Positions 1-7,089 of a stretch of DNA of 12,664 nucleotides are shown here, piece after piece. The number at the start of each line of letters is the position of its first letter. Positions within the stretch are counted from its first letter, which is position 1. The stretch is from Pseudomonadota bacterium (GTDB taxonomy: Bacteria > Bdellovibrionota > FAC87 > UBA2466), in NCBI GenBank assembly GCA_043767805.1, contig JAYUGC010000092.1:1-12664 (forward strand), given 5' to 3'. Both the position numbers and the translations under genes were made by a program. The notes beneath the pieces are model-generated. The model did not search any database. It saw only the letters and a list, made by a program, of their open reading frames with translations, and was not told the origin of the DNA.

Positions 1-2
1 CA

Positions 3-470
3 TTCTTGCTAGGTCTACGCATGGACGATACGAGCTCGCTGCTTTTTCGTTACCAGGGCACCACGATACCCATCCTGACTACCTCGGCGCCCACCACCAA
101 CGTGAACGCGAGCGCCAAGCTCATGGCCGTCGAGTTCGAGTTCAGCTTCAACCTCAACGATCCGTTCGATAACTTTCACGGGTTTCAGTTTTTCGTGCCG
201 ATCAACCTGCAGGGCTACATCAATTGGCTTACGGGCACTTCGAGCGTGTACATGAATTTCGGCATTTCAGGCGGAGTGGGAGCGGGGGTCCGATACTATA
301 CGGGCGGGCCCGCCATCTTCGATCTGACATTCGTTTATCACTCCGCGATGTCTTTCGGTGACATCGAGCAGGCCGGGACCTCGGACAAAGTAGTCAATGC
401 CGCCGGCAATCCGGTCAAGGGTAGTCCGACCGGGGCCGAGCTCCGCCTAAGTGCGACCATCGTCTTCTGA
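3..470 (+). CDS. C-terminal part of a probable outer-membrane beta-barrel protein (runs off the left edge)
   Basis: Frame is open from the window edge. Amphipathic beta-strand patterns (AVEFEFSFNL, VGAGVRYY, FDLTFVYH) and a final strand ELRLSATIVF ending in Phe, the usual BAM signal. Confidence 0.6.
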   Translation, partial: FLLGLRMDDTSSLLFRYQGTTIPILTTSAPTTNVNASAKLMAVEFEFSFNLNDPFDNFHGFQFFVPINLQGYINWLTGTSSVYMNFGISGGVGAGVRYYTGGPAIFDLTFVYHSAMSFGDIEQAGTSDKVVNAAGNPVKGSPTGAELRLSATIVF

Positions 471-499
471 GAGCGCCACCGGGGTCGGTACCTCCGTAA

Positions 500-660
500 G
501 AACTCATCTCAAAAGCAGTTCCGTAGCGGTTCGTCGAGCGAAAGGGATCGAGGACGCAGGGAGGGGCGGCCCGGAGGCAGCCCTGAAGGGGCTGTCGAGG
601 ACCGACCCGACTGAGGACGAAGAGCCAGGGCCTTCAGACTGTAAGTTTTTAGATGCGCAT
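500..660. repeat. Structured MITE-like / ncRNA-like intergenic element
   Basis: Imperfect terminal inverted repeat CATCTCAAAA (505-514) / TTTTTAGATG (646-655), 9/10 paired. Internal hairpin GGCAGCCCT-GAA-GGGGCTGTC (576-596), extended by GGGCGGCCC (564-572) / GGACCGACCC (599-608) across a GGA/GA internal loop. Confidence 0.45.
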
Positions 661-816
661 AAATCTTTTCAGCAATGCCCGGTAGAGCCCCTTTTTGCAT
701 CTACGGGTCTCCGGGATTCTTTAGCTCAGGGAGAAGAAACTCGGGTCCGGCCTTATACACTCTTTGCCTATGAGACCACTTTCCCGCTCAACTAACCTTG
801 CAAGGAGCCCCGTCCT

Positions 817-3150
817 TCAGGGAGCGGAGCTCGCCTGCTCCCGCTGCCGACGGGCCAAAAACTCGGGAACCGTTTCCCCCGGAAGTCTCAGGCCTTGCCG
901 CTGGATGTTCGTGAGATGACCATCTACGAACGCTTTCTGCTCAGGCGTCATCGGTATCGTTTGCTCCGTCACCCACTCGGGAAGGACAACCGCGTAGGCG
1001 AGCCCTTCATTCTTGTCCGTGGCGGCGAGCACGGAGTCTCCTCCGCGCCCCGACGCGACTCGAGTCAGGAAAGGAAAATGACTTCGGGGGATGTCCTTCA
1101 TCTTGCCCGTAATCTTTCCTTGATAGCCGTCCCGCTTGAGAATCTCTTTTCCGGCGGCCTGAATGCCGTAATTGCCCTCGCCGCGCTGGATATTCACGAT
1201 GCGCGGATCGTCTTTACCAAGAATGCGCTCGAGCTCCGCTCTCGCCCGGGGGCCATCGGCGATAATGAGGTCGGGTGAGCTCTTTTGATTGAGCACCGCC
1301 GCGATCACTTTATCGCGATAAGTCTGAGTCTGGCTCATCACCTTGGCCCATTCGGTATCGGTCGCGCCGTCCATGCGGAAAGGCACCGTCCGAAGCACCA
1401 AGTAATCGTCTTTCACTCCCACGTCGTGCATCAGACCATTGAGGTACTGCCCGCGCGCACCCGACATGGCCATACCGGTGACGAACTCGTCAACGCCAAC
1501 AGGGTCGGCGAGGATGAGCACCTTGGGATTTTCCAGTCTACCGCGGTAGTGGCCAAAATCCTTAACGTCGGGATGGTTCTTCACGTTGAAGGCAGCGATG
1601 CCGTCCTTCTTCCAGGTTTTGCCGGGCTTCGGCGTGAAGATAGCTTTCAGATCGAGATTGTCTTTCATGAGATTCGCCATCTCGACCGAAGGCCCCGGAT
1701 CGAAATCGTAACGAGACTCTGGACCACGCGCCCGCGTGTTGAACTGCTCCTGAGGATCGATCTCGTCACTCGGCTTGCTGTGCCGGATGGCCTCTAGCGC
1801 TTTCATGTCGAACTCGGCCTTGCCCTTAATGCCATCGATGATGGCATAAGGCTTTCCAGACATTCGTATCGCATTCGACTCACCTTGCATGCGAGTGCCG
1901 GGAGTGCCGAAATGATAGTAAGCGGTGGAGAGGTCCGTTCTCCCGTACTCGAAGGGGTCTCCCGCCTCGAAATGATTCTTCTGACCGGGATCGGCTTCGA
2001 TATGCCACCCATCGGCGACATACTTTTGCAAAGGACTCAGCTGTTTCTGGACCACTTTCCCCGGATCCTTGCCTTCCCTTTTCATGAAGCCCAGGGCAGT
2101 GGGATGAGGAAAGGCGGGAACCAGAAGATGGTTTTCTATTTTGGTGCCGTCCGAAAGGGTGACCCCTTTTAACGAGACGGTCTTTTCCCCGTTGACCTTC
2201 ATCTCAGTCAGTTTATGCCCGCCGAGCTGCGCCGGATGGAGGATGCCGTTGCCGTAAGGTCCGCCTTTTGAAAAAACCATGCGGCTATAAAACCAATCCA
2301 CATTTTTGTCGAGCGCTTCAGTCGCGGCCAGGCGATCCGGGTCGAGTTTGTAATTGAGCTTACGGCCCAAGAACTCGCTGTATAGGTCCTGTCCTTCGGA
2401 CCCGAGAAGCACGCCGAAAGTGTTGTTGCCACCGGCGCTGACTTCTTTCATCTCGGGAACCTGGATGAACTTCATCTCGCGCTCGGATATCTTCGTCGGC
2501 ACCTTCACTCCGACACTTTTCAGAAACGTCGCCGTCGCATCCTGCGCGGCGCCGCCAAAATCCACGAGCATCCGCATCTCGGGATGCTGCTTGATCATGA
2601 TCTCGTAAAATCCTTTGTTCCATGCCGCATGGGGACCTTCATGGGTCATCGTCCAGAGATGATTGTCGACGATGGTCGTGCGACGAATCTCGCGCTTGCC
2701 ATCTTTCTCATAAATGTAAGGAGCGTCTCGAACGCCGTACTGACCGAAGATCGTATAGGGAAAGGCATTAAAGAAGCCGGCGCTCTCGTGCATCCCCAAG
2801 TAATTAACGATTTTCTGCGCGTCTCCGCCGAAGGCGGCCGTCGCCGTATGAAAGGACGACTCGGCTTTGTGAACGCCGTCCTGGCCCATGAAGAGCCCTT
2901 GTTGGCGGCCATCTGAGAGCCGGTAAAAAAGCGGACCAAAAGCCGCGCGAAATTTTTGCAGGCCCAGCATGAGCGGAGACATCGTGGGCAAAGGAGGCAA
3001 CGAGGCAATGTGGTCGATGAAATCGCGGCCGTTCTTGGTCTTCGGATCGGGACCATGATCGAACGGCTGCCTGAGTGCCGCGTAGTCACAGCCAAGGGAG
3101 ACTCGGCTTAGGAAAAAAACGAATGTGAAAGCGCGAAACTTCCAGCCCAC
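817..3150 (-). CDS. Putative exported protein with two tandem uracil-DNA glycosylase-like (UDG superfamily) repeats
   Basis: 777-aa ORF, GTG start with AGGGGG upstream. Leader MGWKFRAFTFVFFLSRVSLG followed by the only Cys. Repeat 1: FDHGP...FGPLFYR...LFMGQDG...FFNAFPY...MLVDFG...FPHPT. Repeat 2: FDPGP...HYRGRLENPKVLILADPVGVDEFVTGMAMSGARGQYLNGLMHDVGV...YLVLRTVP...LIIADG, which resembles the family-4 UDG N-terminal block. Confidence 0.7.
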   Translation of the reverse strand: MGWKFRAFTFVFFLSRVSLGCDYAALRQPFDHGPDPKTKNGRDFIDHIASLPPLPTMSPLMLGLQKFRAAFGPLFYRLSDGRQQGLFMGQDGVHKAESSFHTATAAFGGDAQKIVNYLGMHESAGFFNAFPYTIFGQYGVRDAPYIYEKDGKREIRRTTIVDNHLWTMTHEGPHAAWNKGFYEIMIKQHPEMRMLVDFGGAAQDATATFLKSVGVKVPTKISEREMKFIQVPEMKEVSAGGNNTFGVLLGSEGQDLYSEFLGRKLNYKLDPDRLAATEALDKNVDWFYSRMVFSKGGPYGNGILHPAQLGGHKLTEMKVNGEKTVSLKGVTLSDGTKIENHLLVPAFPHPTALGFMKREGKDPGKVVQKQLSPLQKYVADGWHIEADPGQKNHFEAGDPFEYGRTDLSTAYYHFGTPGTRMQGESNAIRMSGKPYAIIDGIKGKAEFDMKALEAIRHSKPSDEIDPQEQFNTRARGPESRYDFDPGPSVEMANLMKDNLDLKAIFTPKPGKTWKKDGIAAFNVKNHPDVKDFGHYRGRLENPKVLILADPVGVDEFVTGMAMSGARGQYLNGLMHDVGVKDDYLVLRTVPFRMDGATDTEWAKVMSQTQTYRDKVIAAVLNQKSSPDLIIADGPRARAELERILGKDDPRIVNIQRGEGNYGIQAAGKEILKRDGYQGKITGKMKDIPRSHFPFLTRVASGRGGDSVLAATDKNEGLAYAVVLPEWVTEQTIPMTPEQKAFVDGHLTNIQRQGLRLPGETVPEFLARRQREQASSAP

Positions 3151-3325
3151 CCCGACCCCCTAATGCGAAGCCTAAGTTTACGCGAAGCACTATTGGTGAG
3201 AAGATGAATTCCCGAGGCGAACGCGTGGTCCCGCAGAATACAGATCCGCCGGGTTTACCGAGTAAAGAAACCTCCCTCACGGCGGGTTCGAAGGGGCCAC
3301 TAGGGCGCTGTAGTAGCCTAGCCAA

Positions 3326-3567
3326 ATGAGAGCTATCTTTCTGATCCTGGCCTTAAGCGGCCACGCCGAAAATTCAGCCATCGAACGCGCCAAGCGGCCA
3401 GCGTGGCGCGCGGAGCGCAGCGCCCAAATTCAAAAACTCGCACCGCAATTAGAGGCCTTAAACCATTGTGAAGCTGACGCCGATTGCGTGAACCTGAAAA
3501 TGAACGACCTATGGTGCCCGGATTCTGCGGCCGGCGGCATTCTGGTTCACCGCAAGGAACAAAAGAA
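3326..3567 (+). pseudogene. Small secreted Cys-rich protein, 3'-truncated at an ISL3 fragment
   Basis: Signal peptide MRAIFLILALSGHA and a CEADADC...WCP motif. After ...HRKEQK the sequence becomes ISL3 DNA read out of frame (the ORF track runs on to 3736). Confidence 0.6.
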
Positions 3568-3697
3568 GAAGAGCATTCGGATTCAGAAACTTTCAAAATT
3601 ATCGATTACGGGTGCTTGCTCACTGCGGGTGGGATGGGATATTCGGAATCCGAAATTAATCAACCAGGGACCGTTCCCCCGTTGGTGGAGTAGAGCC
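3568..3697 (+). mobile_element. ISL3-family right-end fragment (130 bp), copy 1
   Basis: 128/130 identical to 9080-9209. Encodes the transposase tail RAFGFRNFQNYRLRVLAHCG and ends in GTAGAGCC (reverse complement GGCTCTAC, typical ISL3 terminus). Confidence 0.9.
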
Positions 3698-3755
3698 CAA
3701 GCTCGGTCGCGACTCTCTTCACATTGGATCTACTAACTGAAATGGTTTGAAAATT

Positions 3756-3769
3756 TGGAGCGGGTGACG
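3756..3769 (-). other. tRNA-Gly-like 3'-end remnant (possible att core)
   Basis: Reverse complement CGTCACCCGCTCCA resembles the T-stem 3' side, acceptor 3' strand, U discriminator and CCA of bacterial tRNA-Gly. AT-rich flank on the CCA side; no complete cloverleaf. Confidence 0.45.
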
Positions 3770-3786
3770 CCATAGTGGGCGAACCA

Positions 3787-3960
3787 ATGGTCGTGGCGCG
3801 CGAGCACCCGGCTCAGTGGGTTAAGGCTACGGTTGACCGGGACGAGCTGGCAAGACTTCGTCTGGTCGAGAAGTGGCCTCTGAAACGTCTCTAGGCTCAC
3901 TTCCGATGCGGGAGATCAAAGATTAGTAAGAAAGTTCAGCTTCATAGAAACGGTGGATAG
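3787..3960 (+). pseudogene. Small helix-turn-helix protein with an in-frame stop
   Basis: Manual translation: MVVAREHPAQWVKATVDRDELARLRLVEKWPLKRL*AHFRCGRSKISKKVQLHRNGG*. The HTH-like pattern spans the TAG at 3892-3894. Not in the ORF track. Confidence 0.45.
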
Positions 3961-4086
3961 GAGATTCAAAGCGGTGATTCCTGCGCCGGTGAGGCGACAG
4001 AGTCGACGTTATGTGACCCTTCAGAGACCGTTCCCTTGCGAAAAGGGCGCGCGGATGGAGCCGGGGGTGGCGGGGATCACTCTACG

Positions 4087-4230
4087 GGTGAGGTTCTTCA
4101 CGCCTTTTTCGACGAGCGCGGCGATGCAATTTTCGGGAATACCGCAAAGGCCGAAACCCCCGATTGTCAGCGTGGCGCCATCGAAAACATCCGCGACCGC
4201 TTCGGCCGCATCCTTTACGAGCTTATTCAT
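4087..4230 (-). pseudogene. scoA: 3-oxoacid CoA-transferase subunit A, N-terminal 48 codons only
   Basis: [48 protein letters not shown] has the [11 protein letters not shown] signature. The expected xSNN continuation is absent and the frame runs into unrelated sequence to a stop at 4021. Confidence 0.85.
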
Positions 4231-4328
4231 GTATATTTTTTCACCCCGGCAACACTCCCACGTAGGTCATAAGGGTCGCATGAGTATCCCACCTTTAGAG
4301 GGCAGAAAAGTGGGCGCGAGCCGCGCAA

Positions 4329-4994
4329 TCAGTAGTCGCTGGAGTAGAGTTTTCCAAACTTGTTGAGATGGCTCTTGCTGATGGGCACCGTCTGAACGGA
4401 GAAGTCCTCCTGGGTCAGGGAGGACGCGGTGATGGTAACGTCCCTCGACAGGGGTTCGGACCCCTCCGCCCAAACCCGTAGAGTGTGCTTTCCCGGGGGG
4501 ATGTCTTTCAGAGTGAAACTTCCGTCCCGGCTCGGGACCGTGAAGCGGCGGTTTTTCAAAACGAGAATGGAGCCGATCATCTCGGGGTGGATGTTGCAAA
4601 AGAGCCGGATGAGCCCGGGGGTTTTGAAAGTGAACGTTTTCTCCTCGGGCCCGCGAAACGCGCCCAGGTCGAAGGGCTGTGGCTTGGAGAGAGACCAGAC
4701 GTTGTGATGAATGGAATCCTGATTGCGGAAAGTCACCGTTTCGCCGGCGGTGAGCGTCAGGACGCGGGGCTGGAAACGTTTGTCCTTTTGATCCAGATAG
4801 ACGATTCGTTTCTTGGGCGGAGGCCCCTCGTCGAAACCCGTGACGTAGACGACGGAGTTTTCATGGGAGGCGCAGGGTTTCCACTGATGTTCGTTCTGGG
4901 CCTTTTCGTTGAGCGTTACCTTGCCGCGGATCGTTCCACCCTGTGCGGTGATTGCAATCAGGAGGGAAACAAGGGAAAGTAACTTCACACTCAT
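4329..4994 (-). CDS. Periplasmic cupredoxin (type-1 copper) with carboxypeptidase-regulatory-like beta-sandwich
   Basis: Signal peptide MSVKLLSLVSLLIAITAQG. FQPRVLTLTAGETVTFRNQD, HHNVWS and FCNIHPEM supply His/Cys/His/Met ligands. GTIRGKV and DGSFTLKDIPPGKHTLRVW are carboxypeptidase-regulatory-like motifs. Confidence 0.88.
   Translation of the reverse strand: MSVKLLSLVSLLIAITAQGGTIRGKVTLNEKAQNEHQWKPCASHENSVVYVTGFDEGPPPKKRIVYLDQKDKRFQPRVLTLTAGETVTFRNQDSIHHNVWSLSKPQPFDLGAFRGPEEKTFTFKTPGLIRLFCNIHPEMIGSILVLKNRRFTVPSRDGSFTLKDIPPGKHTLRVWAEGSEPLSRDVTITASSLTQEDFSVQTVPISKSHLNKFGKLYSSDY
4948..4961. promoter_or_regulatory. Candidate CRP/FNR-family operator
   Basis: Perfect 12-bp palindrome TGATTGCAATCA (4949-4960). 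GTGAT-N4-ATCAG is 8/10 to the FNR consensus TTGAT-N4-ATCAA, centred ~80 bp upstream of the cyclase ATG, but lies inside the cupredoxin coding sequence. Confidence 0.25.
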
Positions 4995-5033
4995 TCGGGT
5001 TTACCAAGGCAAATGCAGCGCGGTTGATGAAAC

Positions 5034-7049
5034 ATGGCGCCCGTTTTCTCAAAGTTTCAAAACAAACTACTCGCGGCTTTCGCCCTTCTGGTCGCTCTGA
5101 TTATCCTGCCGGTACTTCTGTTTGTAAATGCGGCTATAGACCGGGCCAGTGAATCGCGCATTGAGGAGAGTCTGCGCACGGCCCAGGAGGTGTTTGCCAG
5201 CTTCCTGGACACCCGGCGGAAAGCCTACTCCGACAGTGCCGACATCCTCATCAATTCCCAGCCCTCTTTGAGGGCGCTGCTCGGCAGCTCCAACGACGAT
5301 GAGGAAAACCTGTTCGGCTCGGAAAATGAAGAGTCCGGTACCTCCGCGGGCCGCCAGGAGACGCACGATGCGCTATTTTCAACGGTGGAGGGCCTGGGGA
5401 TATTTCGTAATGCCGGCCTCTTTTTGATGACCGACGCCCGGGGTGTGTTGCTCTTTTCCAAAGCGGATCCGAAGGCCTTCGGGGTTAGTCTGGCCTCCCT
5501 GCCCATTGTGCGCCAGGGCCTGGAGGGAAAAGAGGGCCACACGCTCTGGGGCTCCGAGGATCCCGCCATTCGGCCCCAAGTGGCCCTTCCCAAAGCGAAC
5601 TCCCCGACCATTTACGAAGTGTTCTTCAAGCCGATTGCCTTTGGGGGACAGGTAAAGGGACTGCTCGCCATCGGTTTTCCCATTACTCTTTCCGAAATCG
5701 AACGCATTCGGGATATCACCCGTTCGGAAATTGCTTTTTTGTCCAAAGGCACCATCTACGGTAACTCCAGTGCGGTGCCGCTTCCCCTCGGCGGCCTGTC
5801 GGTCTTGAATCTGGTGCGGTTCGACCACGCCAGTGAAGCCTTCATCGGACTTCGTTCGGTTCTCAACGACAGCCTGGGTGAGCCGGCCGGGGCCTCGCTC
5901 ATTTACCGTTCGAAGACCCGGGAGGCCGCTCTCTTCCGTCGGCTCAAGGTGGTTCTGAATCTCATTGCGGCCCTGGCAATGCTGGGCGCCGTGCTCATTG
6001 CGCTTCCGCTGAGCCGCGGCGTTACGCGTTCGATCCGCGACCTGATCCGAGGCGCAAAAGCGGTGCGGGCCGGGGACCTGACAACCACGGTCACCGTGGC
6101 GTCAGCGGACGAATTTGCGCTTCTGGCCGACTCCTTCAACGAAATGACCCGGGGCCTTCGGGAAAAGGAACAGATTAAATCCACTTTCCGGCGCTACGTG
6201 AGTCCGAACGTGCTCAACGCGCTTTTGGCCGATGGCGCCGTGCCCAAATTGGGAGGGGACAGCCGCCGACTGACGATCTACTTTGCCGATATCGCCGGGT
6301 TCACCCGGATATCGGAGAGGCTTAAGCCCGAGGAGACCATCGAATTTTTGAATGACTATCTGTCGCGGGCTACACAGTGCATCGAGTCGGCCGGCGGAAT
6401 CGTCGATAAATACATCGGCGACGCGGTCATGGCGTACTGGCTGGCCACGGGGGATTCGCCCATGGACCGCGAGCAGGCCTGCCGCGCCGCTGGCAATCAT
6501 TCGGCCACACTCCTGGCTTTGAAGGAAAAGTGGGGAGGCCGCATCGGGCCCGAAGGGGTAGGGGTCCGCGTCGGGATTCATTCGGGGCAGGCGATCATGG
6601 GCAACATCGGCTGCGATTCGCGCATGGACTACACTTTGGTCGGAGACGACGTAAACACGGCGGCACGGCTCGAAAGTTTGAATAAAAGTTACGGCACCTC
6701 CATCCTGGTGACCGAGAGCGTGACGGCGGGGCTTCAGGCCAAGTTCCTCTTTCGCGAAGTGGACCAGGTTCGCCTGCAGGGAAAGGCCCACGTGGTTCGC
6801 GTTTTCGAGCTCATGAGCGAAAGAGAGGCCGCCACCACCGGGCAGATGGCGCGGGCCGAGCGGTTTTCCGGGGGTCTGGGGCTTTACCGGCAGCGGGAAT
6901 TCGAAAAAGCGCGCCGTTGCTTCGGGGATCTCGGCCGGGACTTTCCCGAGGACCGGGCGGCGCTCATTTTTGCCGACCGCTGCGCGCTCTACGCCACCGC
7001 CTCGCCGCCCGCCAAGTGGGACGGAGTCTTTCAGATGCAGACGAAATAA
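5034..7049 (+). CDS. Membrane-bound class III adenylate cyclase (TM - periplasmic sensor - TM - HAMP - cyclase - TPR-like tail)
   Basis: Two hydrophobic helices. HAMP (AKAVRAGDL...DEFALLADSFNEM). Cyclase motifs FADIAGFT, DKYIGDAVMA, GIHSG, DYTLVGDDVNTAARLE, with the Lys/Asp pair that indicates ATP specificity. C-terminal WDGV...K tail. Confidence 0.93.
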   Translation: MAPVFSKFQNKLLAAFALLVALIILPVLLFVNAAIDRASESRIEESLRTAQEVFASFLDTRRKAYSDSADILINSQPSLRALLGSSNDDEENLFGSENEESGTSAGRQETHDALFSTVEGLGIFRNAGLFLMTDARGVLLFSKADPKAFGVSLASLPIVRQGLEGKEGHTLWGSEDPAIRPQVALPKANSPTIYEVFFKPIAFGGQVKGLLAIGFPITLSEIERIRDITRSEIAFLSKGTIYGNSSAVPLPLGGLSVLNLVRFDHASEAFIGLRSVLNDSLGEPAGASLIYRSKTREAALFRRLKVVLNLIAALAMLGAVLIALPLSRGVTRSIRDLIRGAKAVRAGDLTTTVTVASADEFALLADSFNEMTRGLREKEQIKSTFRRYVSPNVLNALLADGAVPKLGGDSRRLTIYFADIAGFTRISERLKPEETIEFLNDYLSRATQCIESAGGIVDKYIGDAVMAYWLATGDSPMDREQACRAAGNHSATLLALKEKWGGRIGPEGVGVRVGIHSGQAIMGNIGCDSRMDYTLVGDDVNTAARLESLNKSYGTSILVTESVTAGLQAKFLFREVDQVRLQGKAHVVRVFELMSEREAATTGQMARAERFSGGLGLYRQREFEKARRCFGDLGRDFPEDRAALIFADRCALYATASPPAKWDGVFQMQTK

Positions 7050-7089
7050 CCATTGAGCCTTCTCCACGGCGTAAACTAGAATTCTCTCC

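Noticed and set aside
682..689. GTAGAGCC identical to the ISL3 terminal 8 bp
   Set aside because: Similarity to the real end (...GTTGGTGGAGTAGAGCC) does not extend inward; one 8-mer in 12.7 kb is compatible with chance.
712..760. tRNA-like 5' start (TTTAGCTCAG)
   Set aside because: No anticodon arm, T-loop or acceptor complement follows.
451..795. ORFs 451-795 (+) and 509-700 (-)
   Set aside because: They run across the structured repeat, show no recognisable motifs and are probably spurious.
895..3095. Multiple ORFs overlapping the 777-aa gene
   Set aside because: Antisense or alternate-frame shadows typical of GC-rich coding DNA; no motifs.
3281..3300. GGGTTCGAA T-loop-like motif
   Set aside because: No closing T-stem or other tRNA arms.
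3326..3736. 136-aa ORF as an intact gene, and related ORFs 3333-3596, 3484-3693, 8806-9108, 8991-9236
   Set aside because: Their shared peptides (KSIRIQKLSK..., MKVSESECSS) are alternative frames of the duplicated ISL3 DNA.
4022..4035. CAGAGACCGTTCCC similar to the ISL3 subterminal CAGGGACCGTTCCC
   Set aside because: 13/14 match only, with no flanking similarity and no terminal GTAGAGCC; insufficient to call a third IS fragment.
6102..7067. 321-aa antisense ORF, and similar antisense ORFs over the barrel, PilZ, gshB-like and ddl genes
   Set aside because: Shadows of well-supported genes on the opposite strand.
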